In this document: positions 26,091 through 36,500 of the stretch, one piece after another
Numbering within the stretch: the stretch's first letter is position 1
Layout of the letters: every line of letters begins with the position of its first letter
NCBI GenBank assembly: GCA_029932605.1
Contig: JAOZPT010000009.1
Coordinates: 1-51,898 of the forward strand
From: Candidatus Zixiibacteriota bacterium
GTDB lineage: Bacteria; Zixibacteria; MSB-5A5; UBA10806; 4484-95
Reading direction: 5' to 3'
DNA: 51,898 bases
Position numbers and translations under genes: made by a program
Notes under the pieces: generated by a model
Seen by the model: the letters and a program-made list of their open reading frames with translations, nothing else
Told to the model about the DNA's origin: nothing
Database searches by the model: none

Positions 26091-27608
26091 TTGAGAGATT
26101 TGGTGCGGATAAGTTTTGCGGTTTTGTTGTTTATGCTTTTAACATTTTTTAAAAGCGACATATCGTTTGCTCAAACCAACACTGAAAATCAAGCTCCATC
26201 GACAGCATTAAGGAAGGGTTTATCCAAGACAGTAACACTTGATGCGGATGATGCTTTTCTGCCGTCGATTTTGACCATCCTGGCAGAAAAATCGGGTTTT
26301 AACATTGTAACCGGTCCGGGAGTTAACAGGCAAGAACGAATATCGGTTCATTTAGCTGACACACCAATTGAGGAGGCAATTAACCTTGTCGTCAGGGCGG
26401 CGGGTTTATCATATGAGATAGTCGGCAACTCATTTTTAGTTGCTGAACAAGAAGCTTTAGAAAAGGAGGTTGGTCTTTCGGCTCATGTTTATGATTTACA
26501 GTATGCCAATGCAGCCGAGATAAAAGAGTTGTTAATGGATTTAAGCGATAAGGTCCAGGTTGACACCTCCGGCAATAAAATTTTGGTTTTATCATCACCT
26601 AAGATAGCCTCTGAAATAACAGAGATAATTAAACGTGTGGATACTCCACCGATGCAGATTTTGTTGGAAGCCAGGCTGGTTGAGATTGCTACTGATGACC
26701 TTGATGAGTATGGTATTGATTGGGAGAAACTTTCACATTTAACGACCATACTGGCTGAATCTCCTCTGATAAAGGACGATTACGGTCGCCCGTTGGATGG
26801 AAGCAGTCGTGCTCCTACCGAACAAGATTTTGGTGGCCAGTTGCCAGACCTTGAACAACTTCCCGAAAAATATTCTTTTGAGAAGGTAGAGGGTTTTGAT
26901 AATGTTGGGAAATTTTCCCGGCAGTTGAATGCATTCGATATCACCTTAGATTTTCTTGTTAAGCGAAACGTAGCCAAAGTACTTGCCCATTCTAAGTTGA
27001 CTACTGTGAACAATCGCACTGCAGAGATTTTGATAGGTGAGAAAATGCGCTGGGCTGTGGTTTCGGAAAGGGGTGCTATAGTTCAAGAGGAAGATATTGG
27101 GATACGTTTGATAATCACGCCAACTATCAATTCAAATGGTTTCATTACTGTTAAGGTTGAACCGGAGGTTTCCTCTGTTATCGAATTGGTGCAGGGGCTT
27201 TTCCCACGTAAAAAAATCCGGACTGCAAGCACCACTGTTTTGGTAAAAGACGGCCAAAAGATATTTATCGGTGGGCTATTGTCGGTTGATGATACCAAGA
27301 CGGTATTCCGTTTGCCCATTCTTTCGGATATACCGCTTTTAGGAAAACTATTTACACATACTTCTTATGGAACAAGGAAGACCGATTTGATAATAGAAGT
27401 AACCCCGAGGATATTGAGACCTGGTATGAGTTATGCTGATGCCGCCAATTTCACCTCGGATGGATACCAGCTTTTGGGGCCGGGTTCGACCTCGGACATT
27501 AAAGCGGTAGAACCCGAGTTGGAGAAAATGGAAAAAGTAAAAAATTTACAGGAAGATATAAGAGAATTTCAAGATAGAGTGGTTAAACCGAAAAAAGAGA
27601 AGCGATAA
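26091..27608 (+). CDS. pilQ: Type IV pilus secretin
   Basis: Signal peptide; YDLQYANA, QILLEARLVE, GIDW, AEILIGE, GIRL.ITP, VKDGQ..FIGGL, LPILSDIPLLGKLF and VTPRI. Confidence 0.93.
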   Translation: MRDLVRISFAVLLFMLLTFFKSDISFAQTNTENQAPSTALRKGLSKTVTLDADDAFLPSILTILAEKSGFNIVTGPGVNRQERISVHLADTPIEEAINLVVRAAGLSYEIVGNSFLVAEQEALEKEVGLSAHVYDLQYANAAEIKELLMDLSDKVQVDTSGNKILVLSSPKIASEITEIIKRVDTPPMQILLEARLVEIATDDLDEYGIDWEKLSHLTTILAESPLIKDDYGRPLDGSSRAPTEQDFGGQLPDLEQLPEKYSFEKVEGFDNVGKFSRQLNAFDITLDFLVKRNVAKVLAHSKLTTVNNRTAEILIGEKMRWAVVSERGAIVQEEDIGIRLIITPTINSNGFITVKVEPEVSSVIELVQGLFPRKKIRTASTTVLVKDGQKIFIGGLLSVDDTKTVFRLPILSDIPLLGKLFTHTSYGTRKTDLIIEVTPRILRPGMSYADAANFTSDGYQLLGPGSTSDIKAVEPELEKMEKVKNLQEDIREFQDRVVKPKKEKR

Positions 27609-27640
27609 TTATGTGTTAAAGGATGATTAGGAGGAAGATT

Positions 27641-30391
27641 ATGCATAGAAGCAAAAGATATTTATACATTTATTTAGTTATTGCGATAACCGTATTAATT
27701 GGCTTTGTGATATTTTCAGCCTGTGATAGCAGGAAGCCTATCTCCTCGACCACAGCGAAAATAACGAGCGTTTCAGAGATTACAATTATCTTCGATCCTC
27801 CTCAGGTTAATATTTATAATGAGAATGAGATTGACACAGTAACTATAGATATTACAGTTACAGACGATGAGGGGGTTGGCATAGACAACCTCGATGTAGA
27901 TTTGAGCCGAAGCCCTAATATTGGAGCTGTAACCAAACCGGAGGCAACCTCTACTCAGGGTCATTATCAGGCCAAATATTTTACAGCTCTTAACGGTTAT
28001 GGTGATATCGAGTTTAGAGCATCTGTAGGCGATGTTTATGCCGTGGATACGCTATCTGTTATACAGCAGGCACTTGTTTCTAATATTACGATTTTCTTTA
28101 ATCCCCAGTATGTTGTTTTGTATGGTGAAAATGATATAGACACTGTTAATGTAAGCATTCTGGTTGCTGATGAGAATGGTATAGGGTTAGATAACCTGGA
28201 TGTGGCTTTAAACATCATCCCCAATCTTGGAACTATCACCAATCCTCAGGCTACCGGTAGCGGGGGGTATTATCAATCACAATATATTACAGCGCCAGGC
28301 AGAGATGTTGATATAACGTTTACGGCGACTGCAGGTAGTATGAGTATATCAGATACTCTCAGTATCTTTGTCCAGCCAGCAAATACTGTTGAGGAGATTT
28401 TTATGAGTTTCAATCCTCAACCTCTTATCATACATTCTCCTTTTAAATCGGATACAGCTTTAATAGATATCTGGGTAAGAGATGCCAATGGCGTTAGCTT
28501 AGATAGTATCATGGTACAGGTTTCGAGAATGCCCGAAGTTGGCACCATTGTTCCACCGGGTTTGACAGAAGATGGTTATGCACAGGGAATGTATATTACC
28601 GATCCCGGGATTTACCAGGATGTTGGTATAACGGTTAACGTTGGTGAAGTTACGATTACCGACACTTTGTTGATAAACGTTCAGCTTCTGGGGGAAATCG
28701 GTTCGATGAACATATCGTTGCAAAAACAGATATTGATAGCTGATGGTATGGATGCTACATCCATTTTTGTCTCTGTTACGGATACTACCGGTATTCCTAT
28801 AGGGGATGGGACTATAGTTTTCATTCAGAATTACGGCCCTGGAACCCAGGGAACTTTGAACGAGAGTTCGGGTTACACAGAAAATGGGATTGCCACATTT
28901 ACAATAACTGCGCCCCCGATTTTAAATCCTGATTTAATTGTCGAAAGCGATTCCATAAGAGCCTGGGGTGTAAGTTTGTCGGGCGACACAGTCTATGCGT
29001 ATTCGGCGGTGACCTATGTTCCCGGCGAACCCAACGATTTGAATATTATTACAATACCTGAGGAAATGGTTGCGGGTTCCGGTGAGAGCCAGATATTTGA
29101 GGTTTTGGTAACGGATGAGAATAATAATCGGGTGATCGATGGCACCCAGGTGCAGTTTGCAAATGTGCTTGAAACCTCAAGTATTACTGATATAACTACA
29201 ACTTTAGGTGGTATGGCCGAGGGTGTTTATGTTGTTGGCATAGAAGCTGGTTTGGATGTTATTAAGGCTTTTAGGGTTACACCCGGAACCACAGACACTT
29301 TGTGGTCTAATGCTATACCTTTAACGGTGCGCTCAGCCGAGGGAAGCAATATCGCTATTATTGCCGAACCAACAACAATAGAGGTTGGTGGAATTGCCTG
29401 TAATGTATATGCTACCATGCAGGATGAGAATGATAACCCTTTGAGTGAAGGTTTTCCTGTGATGTTTGAAATCACTTCGCATCCAGGCGCTCATAATACA
29501 AGAGAAAGCCCATCTTTCGAATATGTACCCACTGATGATTCAGTACTTTATGTTACAATAGATTCTACAGATGTTAACGGTCGTGCATCTGTGTCACTTT
29601 TTTCGGGTACCACATCAGGAACCGTCACCATAAAGGCCACTTCGGTGGATAATCCAAATATCTTTAAAGAGAAACCCTTAGTTGTTATCGAATCAGGTCC
29701 ACCTATGAATGTGGCAATATCCGGTGGCGCCAATCCTTATGTAGACGGTGCAATTCTTGTTTCTGATGTAACCGCTGTCGTTTCTGACTCATTTACCAAT
29801 CCTGTTGAATGTAGTACAGCTGTCCATTTCGAGCTTATCCCGGATTCAATAGCCGAGATAAATGGTGATGCCTTTACTGGTGGTTGTATAGATACGGTGA
29901 CAGGAGAAACACTCGGTACGCCTGGACTGGCTCATACTTGGCTTGCCTATCCCTGCTACAGTACTTTCGATACCATTCAGATTATAACCTATTCGGGTGA
30001 ATTGATCGATACAAGTATTCTCCTTCCTCTGGGTTTATATGAGGGCACGATTTATGTTGGAGCAAATCCTGCCTCGATATGGCTTAGTAATCCCGGTGAG
30101 TCAGATACTTCGGATATTGAATCCGAACTGACCGATGGTCTCCACTGCCCGATAGAGCATGGTGTAATTGATTTTTCTGCACGTAATGCGGGTCAGATAG
30201 TTGAGGGGATGGAACGAGATACAACCGATGAATATGGCCATGCTTATTCCAAGTTCTTTATCTTCTATGAACAGATACCTCCGAATCCTCCAAATGATCC
30301 CAATGTAACTGCTGAGGCAGTTGCCAAACTTAGGGGTTATCCAGATATCGAGGGTAAAGCTGAAATCGTATGCCGTCGTCCACCGGGTTAG
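27641..30391 (+). CDS. Large lipoprotein made of tandem invasin/intimin-like Ig (Big_1-like) domains
   Basis: Start revised to the ATG at 27641 (AGGAGG RBS); lipobox FSA|C; recurring V.D.NG, V.DGT.V.F and T..NG.A motifs; three similar ~100-aa N-terminal repeats. Confidence 0.8.
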   Translation: MHRSKRYLYIYLVIAITVLIGFVIFSACDSRKPISSTTAKITSVSEITIIFDPPQVNIYNENEIDTVTIDITVTDDEGVGIDNLDVDLSRSPNIGAVTKPEATSTQGHYQAKYFTALNGYGDIEFRASVGDVYAVDTLSVIQQALVSNITIFFNPQYVVLYGENDIDTVNVSILVADENGIGLDNLDVALNIIPNLGTITNPQATGSGGYYQSQYITAPGRDVDITFTATAGSMSISDTLSIFVQPANTVEEIFMSFNPQPLIIHSPFKSDTALIDIWVRDANGVSLDSIMVQVSRMPEVGTIVPPGLTEDGYAQGMYITDPGIYQDVGITVNVGEVTITDTLLINVQLLGEIGSMNISLQKQILIADGMDATSIFVSVTDTTGIPIGDGTIVFIQNYGPGTQGTLNESSGYTENGIATFTITAPPILNPDLIVESDSIRAWGVSLSGDTVYAYSAVTYVPGEPNDLNIITIPEEMVAGSGESQIFEVLVTDENNNRVIDGTQVQFANVLETSSITDITTTLGGMAEGVYVVGIEAGLDVIKAFRVTPGTTDTLWSNAIPLTVRSAEGSNIAIIAEPTTIEVGGIACNVYATMQDENDNPLSEGFPVMFEITSHPGAHNTRESPSFEYVPTDDSVLYVTIDSTDVNGRASVSLFSGTTSGTVTIKATSVDNPNIFKEKPLVVIESGPPMNVAISGGANPYVDGAILVSDVTAVVSDSFTNPVECSTAVHFELIPDSIAEINGDAFTGGCIDTVTGETLGTPGLAHTWLAYPCYSTFDTIQIITYSGELIDTSILLPLGLYEGTIYVGANPASIWLSNPGESDTSDIESELTDGLHCPIEHGVIDFSARNAGQIVEGMERDTTDEYGHAYSKFFIFYEQIPPNPPNDPNVTAEAVAKLRGYPDIEGKAEIVCRRPPG

Positions 30392-30420
30392 TAGCAGGAT
30401 AGGTGTGAAGAGGTTGGATC

Positions 30421-32124
30421 ATGAAGCTGCTTGGAGAAATTTTAATAAAAGAAAATATCATCTCTGAAAAAGAGTTGCGAGCGGCTCTTAAAAAGCAGAA
30501 AGAGAATGGCAGGAGACTTGGTGAGACTTTAATCGCTGAGGGTTATATAACCGACGAGAACCTTGCTACCGCTTTATCTGAACAATTGCAGGTTAGGATG
30601 GTTGGTGCTGAAGATCTCATCAAGGTCGACAAGGAAGCTTTAGAGTATATACCGGAGTTTTTTGCCCGTGAGTACCATTGTATTGCCAAGGGGGTTGAGG
30701 ATGGCGTTCTCGAGGTAGTGATGATTGATCCCGAGGATATCGTGGTAATAGATAACCTTCAGAAAATCACCTCCTTGAAAATCGTTCCTTACATAGGTGC
30801 TCAGGGTATAATCGATGAAGCTATCGAGCGCCATTATAAAGAGCTTCGAACAACAGGCGAGGTTACCGAGGCCTTGTCGGGTATGGATTTTGTGGTTACT
30901 GGCGAGAGTGGTGAGATTGATAATATCGATGTCAATGAACTGAAAAAGGAGCTTGACGAAGCGCCGATTGTCAAGCTTGTCAACTTGATAATCTCGGAGG
31001 CTATAAAAAATAGGGCCACCGATATTCATATCGAACCTCTTTTCGATTCTTTACTGGTAAGATATCGTATCGATGGTGCTCTTCAGGATATCATGACGGC
31101 ACCCAAGAAGTCTGCTATGGGAGTCATCTCAAGGTTAAAGGTGATGGCCAGCCTTAATATTGCTGAAAGACGTCTCCCCCAGGACGGTCGAATATCTATC
31201 GTGATGCCCGAAAAAGAGGTTGATATCAGGGTTTCGATTATGCCAACGGTAAGAGGCGAGAAGGTGGTCCTTCGCCTTTTAGATAAGAAAGGATTTGCTT
31301 TTACACTGCCCTCACTGGGATTTGAACCGGAGATGCTTGAGATATTCCGCAAATGGATAACCATGCCATATGGTATGATTATAGTTTCCGGACCAACCGG
31401 CTGTGGAAAATCAACTACTCTCCATGCTGCTTTAAAAGAGATTCAGTGTGAGGAAGACAATATTGTCACGGTGGAGGACCCGGTTGAATATCAGATCGAT
31501 AAGATAAACCAGATTGCCGCTAGCGAAAAAATCGGTTTGACATTTGCCACGACCTTGCGGCATATACTTCGACAAGACCCGGATAAGGTTCTTATCGGTG
31601 AGATACGAGATAGGGAGACTGCTGACATTGCCATAAAATTTGCTCTGACCGGTCATCTCGTATTTACAACTCTTCATGCTAACGATGCACCATCAACGAT
31701 TACCAGGCTTTTGGATATTGGTGTTCCACGTTATCTTGTTGGTTCAACCTTAAATCTTGTAATGGCTCAGCGCCTGTTACGCACTCTCTGTTCGGCATGT
31801 AAAGAGGAATATGAACCTGATGAAGAGGAATTAGCCAGAATAAAACTTGACCCTTCCATGATTAAAAATAAAAAAATATACCGTGCTAAAGGTTGTGTGA
31901 GGTGTCGTAATACCGGTTATTATGGAAGGACGGGGATGTTCGAACTTCTGGAAGTCAAATTACCGGTGCGAAAATTGATATATGAGGGTAAGGATCAAGA
32001 TGATATCAGATTTAAGGCTAAAGATGCTGGTATGTTGACTCTCCGTGATGCTGGAATAAAGAAGGTATTAGCTGGATTGACATCAATTGAAGAGGTTTTA
32101 AGAACTACTGTAGAGGAAGAGTAG
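30421..32124 (+). CDS. pilB: Type IV pilus extension ATPase with N-terminal MshEN-like motifs
   Basis: ATDIHIEP, RLPQDGR, GPTGCGKST, EDPVEY, LRQDPD..LIGEIRD and tetra-Cys (CSAC/CVRC). Confidence 0.95.
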   Translation: MKLLGEILIKENIISEKELRAALKKQKENGRRLGETLIAEGYITDENLATALSEQLQVRMVGAEDLIKVDKEALEYIPEFFAREYHCIAKGVEDGVLEVVMIDPEDIVVIDNLQKITSLKIVPYIGAQGIIDEAIERHYKELRTTGEVTEALSGMDFVVTGESGEIDNIDVNELKKELDEAPIVKLVNLIISEAIKNRATDIHIEPLFDSLLVRYRIDGALQDIMTAPKKSAMGVISRLKVMASLNIAERRLPQDGRISIVMPEKEVDIRVSIMPTVRGEKVVLRLLDKKGFAFTLPSLGFEPEMLEIFRKWITMPYGMIIVSGPTGCGKSTTLHAALKEIQCEEDNIVTVEDPVEYQIDKINQIAASEKIGLTFATTLRHILRQDPDKVLIGEIRDRETADIAIKFALTGHLVFTTLHANDAPSTITRLLDIGVPRYLVGSTLNLVMAQRLLRTLCSACKEEYEPDEEELARIKLDPSMIKNKKIYRAKGCVRCRNTGYYGRTGMFELLEVKLPVRKLIYEGKDQDDIRFKAKDAGMLTLRDAGIKKVLAGLTSIEEVLRTTVEEE

Positions 32125-32172
32125 AACTGTATAGATTTAAATGAAGGATTTATTATAAGCTTGGATTGAGAT

Positions 32173-33426
32173 ATGGCGTCATTTAGTTACGTGGTAAAAG
32201 ACTCAAAGGGGAACAAACACGAGGGTACTGTCACAGCAGTCTCTCTTGATGCGGCTCTAAATAAACTTCGCGAAAGCGGTAATACCGTTATCTCGGTAGT
32301 GGACACCAGGCAAGCTAAGCAAACAACCAGGGGCAATCTATTTGATGCTATTATACTGTATATCCACAAGAAGCGTACTGCTATCCCTTTAAGGAATTTG
32401 GTATTCTTTACCCGTCAGTTGGCTACCATGTTTTCGGCTGGTTTAACCATTGAGAAATCCCTTAATAATCTTCTTTATGAAGAGGGAAATCGCAAATTTA
32501 AGAAAGTGATTGCCGAACTTTTGAATGATGTTAAAAAGGGATTTTCGTTATCTGACGCAATGGACCATCATCCAGGAGTATTTTCACCTCTTTACGTGGC
32601 ATTGGTCAAATCTGGAGAGATATCGGGTTCACTGGCCTCTGTTTTAGAGGAGTTGGCAGATTATCTTGAATTTATCCAGGATACGCGCCGGAAAGTGATC
32701 TCGGCCCTATCCTATCCGTTTTTTGTAGTTACTATTTTACTTATACTGGCAGTTTTTCTAGTGGTAAAGATTGTGCCTATGTTTCAGGATGTTTACAGCC
32801 GTTTTGGAGCCGAGCTCCCATACCCTACTCAGGTTTTGATAATGGTTTCCGAGACAATTAGATACAATTTTTTTGTGTCACTGATAGGTTTTTTATTCTT
32901 AATTGCCTTGATTATTATCACCAATCTGACCTATACCGGAAAATACATATTCGATAAGGTGAAACTCATAATTCCTATTTTCAAAAACCTGATAATTAAC
33001 TCCACAATGAGCAAAATGTCGAGGACTTTTGGAATGCTTTTGGGAGCAGGTGTTCCTGTTGTGGATACAATGGGGTTGGTGCATAAGGTGATTGACAATA
33101 TGCATTACCAGAAAGCCATAAAGCAGGCGATAGGCTATATCCGTGATGGTTACTCGATAGCGGCTTCTTTGAAGAAAACCGATGTATTTCCCAATACTTT
33201 GTTATCCCTTACGTCTACAGGCGAGGAGACTGGTGAAATTGAGAAGATGCTGGCTAAAGCTGCCGATTATTACGACAAGCAACTTGAGGCGGTTGTTTCC
33301 CGACTCACCTCCCTTATTGAGCCGATGTTGATTGTACTTATAGCAGTTGTTATTGGAACTATAGTAGTTGTTATTTATTTACCGATTTTCCATATAGGGA
33401 CAGCTCTCAGAAAAGGACTCCAGTAA
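32173..33426 (+). CDS. pilC: Type IV pilus platform protein
   Basis: FTRQLATMFSAG, GEISGSL, ALSYP, ELPYPTQ, GEETGE, LIEP and YLPIF. Confidence 0.95.
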   Translation: MASFSYVVKDSKGNKHEGTVTAVSLDAALNKLRESGNTVISVVDTRQAKQTTRGNLFDAIILYIHKKRTAIPLRNLVFFTRQLATMFSAGLTIEKSLNNLLYEEGNRKFKKVIAELLNDVKKGFSLSDAMDHHPGVFSPLYVALVKSGEISGSLASVLEELADYLEFIQDTRRKVISALSYPFFVVTILLILAVFLVVKIVPMFQDVYSRFGAELPYPTQVLIMVSETIRYNFFVSLIGFLFLIALIIITNLTYTGKYIFDKVKLIIPIFKNLIINSTMSKMSRTFGMLLGAGVPVVDTMGLVHKVIDNMHYQKAIKQAIGYIRDGYSIAASLKKTDVFPNTLLSLTSTGEETGEIEKMLAKAADYYDKQLEAVVSRLTSLIEPMLIVLIAVVIGTIVVVIYLPIFHIGTALRKGLQ

Positions 33427-33438
33427 GTACTTTATATC

Positions 33439-33467
33439 GTCATCCGCATTATATCGGGTGGCTTTTT
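33439..33467 (+). terminator. Rho-independent terminator ending the pil cluster
   Basis: GTCATCCG-cattatat-CGGGTGGC (8 bp with two G-U pairs) followed by TTTTT. Confidence 0.65.
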
Positions 33468-33565
33468 ATTCTGCAAAATCAGAATGTTCCTTCGGTTTTT
33501 AAGAAATTGCTTGGAAATCACGTTTTATTAAAATAATATAGCTGTTGGAGACGTATAAATAAAAG

Positions 33566-36500
33566 GTGAAAAAGGTAGCCAAAATACCACTGGCCGGTTT
33601 ATCGTTTGTTCTTTTTTTGTTGGCTCTTATTTTATTCCTTTACTTTTTTACATCTGTTCCTGAACAAAGGCTAAACGATTGGTTCAGTTACTATATTAAG
33701 AATAAAACCGGTGTTAAGTTCACGGTGGAGAAGGTAAACCGTGATATCTGGCACCGGATTCGGCTTGAGGGAGTAAGGCTTTATATCGAGGGTACTGATA
33801 AAGAGGATATCCTTATTGGCCATATCGACTTACTTGAGGTTGAATATTCTATAGCTGATATTATTTTTCGAAAATTCTCATTTAGCAATGTGAATGCTTC
33901 TGGATTGAAGCTTACTGCTCCAATTGACGAAAAAGGGCGTTTAATTTCGCCCTTAAAAGTTAATGACGAACCAGGAGACAGGGTTAAGATACCAAAACTG
34001 AATATTGATGAGTATCATTTTAATGATATTGAAATAGAGATGTTAGTTGGCGGGAAAGAAATTTCTGTTCTCATCGATTATCTTACGGGGGCTTTCCGAA
34101 GCAGTGATGAGTCGCTTTCATTGAAAATTGATTCCCTTAAAGCAAACTGTCCTCAGAGGGATTTTGATATAGAAAGCTGTAGTGCTGGTTTTGTTTTTAT
34201 TGGAAATAATTTATTTATCAAATCATTGAACCTTGAAACCAGCAGGTCTATTATAGAGATTTCGGGGAATTATGGAACACTGACCAAACCTGATTTTGAT
34301 ATCGTTTATGACTTTTCTCCAGTTGACCTTGAAGATATAAAAGCACTAACCGGTTCTGACTTGGATGGTGTTTTTTATTTGCATGGTAAGCACTACGGAA
34401 ATTTTAAGAAATTTGAAGGCAATGCCAGTGGTGACGTTGTGCTTTTCAGAAAAAGACTAAAAGATTTAAGCTTCGGTTATCGTTTCTCATCAGATAAACT
34501 GTATTTTGATGACGCTAAGGGTGTGGTGTTTGATTCACCTATAGCAGGTAACGGATATATTGATTTTGGCTCCAAGCCGGAATCTTATCGGTTTAAAGGG
34601 ACAATTGATAATCTGAATCTTCAAAACATCGATATTGATATTTATACTGCACTTACGGGCAAGATCGACCTTAAAGGTGAGGGTTTATCAGAAAAGGATA
34701 TGAAAATGGGTATCGCTATGGAGCTTTCAAAGTTGGATATCGATATTTATCACTTTCATCAAGCAAAGGGAGAGATTGATTTTGATATGGAAAAGCTTAA
34801 TTTCCATCATGGCTTCACCGCTCGCTATAGAAATACCGAGGTTTCTCTTGAGGGGTATCTTGAATATGCCGGGCAGATACACCTTAATGGTGTAACGGAT
34901 TTTAATGACCTTGCTGATTTCAAAGAACAATTTTTTATTACCGACCTTGATGGTACTGGAAAGGCAAATTTTTTAATCGGTGGAGCAGTTGATGATTTTT
35001 CTGTAACTGGTAATTTTTATTCTGATTCATGCAGGTTTTACGGGATAACAGCCGATACATTCTTTCTATCTGTTGCTCTTAAGTCGTTTATTTCTCATAA
35101 GGTTGGGACGGTTGAGGGATTCTGGAAAAATGGTTATCTTTATTCAGTGCCGGTCGATTCCGGATATTTCTCGGTGCTTGTCTCCGGGGAGAAGTATTTT
35201 TTGGATAATGTTTACTGGGAAAATAATAACAACCAGATGAGTTTTTCTGGTTTATTTGATAACGGGAATATAATACCAACACTTATTATCGATACCTTAA
35301 CAGCTAAGCTCTGGGATGATACCGTATTTAGTTCTCACCCACTTAAAATCGATGTTTATAAAGATGAGGTTGAGTTCAAAGATTTTCAATTGGCTTTTAT
35401 ATCAGGTATAATCAGTTTGTCAGGTACTTTGAATTTTCAAAACCAGATGGATATCGATATTGTTGTGAAAAACCTTGAGGTTGAACCGTTAGCCAATTAT
35501 TTTATTTCGGATAAGAAAATCTCCGGTATTTTTTCTGGCGAAATTGGGATTAATGGAAGTTTTGACCTCCCCGTATTCTCTGCAGATTTGACTATTTCAG
35601 ATCTTTGTATAGGTGATATAAATCAGGGCACATTTATTTGCAGAGCTTTGTATGAAGACTCCGAATTGAAACTTCAACCAGCCAAACTTCAATGTGATGA
35701 TGCCCTTTATGCGATCGAGGGAACTATTCCGGTGAATCTATCTTTTACAAATGAAGGGGATCGTTTTCCCGAAGAACCAATTTCGGTAGTGTTAGCTGGC
35801 TCTGGATATTCTGTTACATTGTTGCCGGTATTCGTTCCTTCGCTTGAATATTTGTATGGTGATTTCGATATCGACATTGTTATTACAGGCACTTATGATA
35901 ATCCATCGATAAATGGGATTCTCACCCTCAAAAATGGCACATTGAAAATTCTTGAATTAGTGGACCCGATTACAAATATTGCCGTAAATAGCCGTATGCA
36001 AGATAATATCATTTATGTTGATAGCATTTCGGGAATTGTAAAATCTGAGGAGGGCGAAACGGGCATAAATATCGATCGTTATATCGGTGGCAAAACCGGA
36101 AATTACGGTAATATTAATGGTAGCGGGACAATCAAGCTTATGGGAGTTAGTTTATTTGACTACGATTTGACATTTACCGGTAAAGATTGTCCGTTTTATA
36201 CTGATGCCTATGATATTCAAGGGATAACGGATATCGATGTTACTATAAAAGGCATATCACCTCCGGTAGTTGCGGGTAAGGTTATCTTTAAAAAGCTTGA
36301 TGTGAATGAGCCTTTTGCCTCCTTTTCCACAGGGGCCGGCACTGGAACAGATATAATTGAAGACTCAACATCCTGGGATATCGAACTTGACATCTCAGCA
36401 ACAAATAACCTGTGTATTAAAAATAACGAAGCGGAAATAGAGCTTAAAGGAAACGTTCTTGTTCTCAGGCAAGCAGGCATAATACATTTACTTGGAAACC

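Noticed and set aside
18842..33426. Type II secretion system interpretation of the cluster
   Set aside because: PilT with AVRNLIRE and separate PilM/N/O indicate a retractile type IVa pilus
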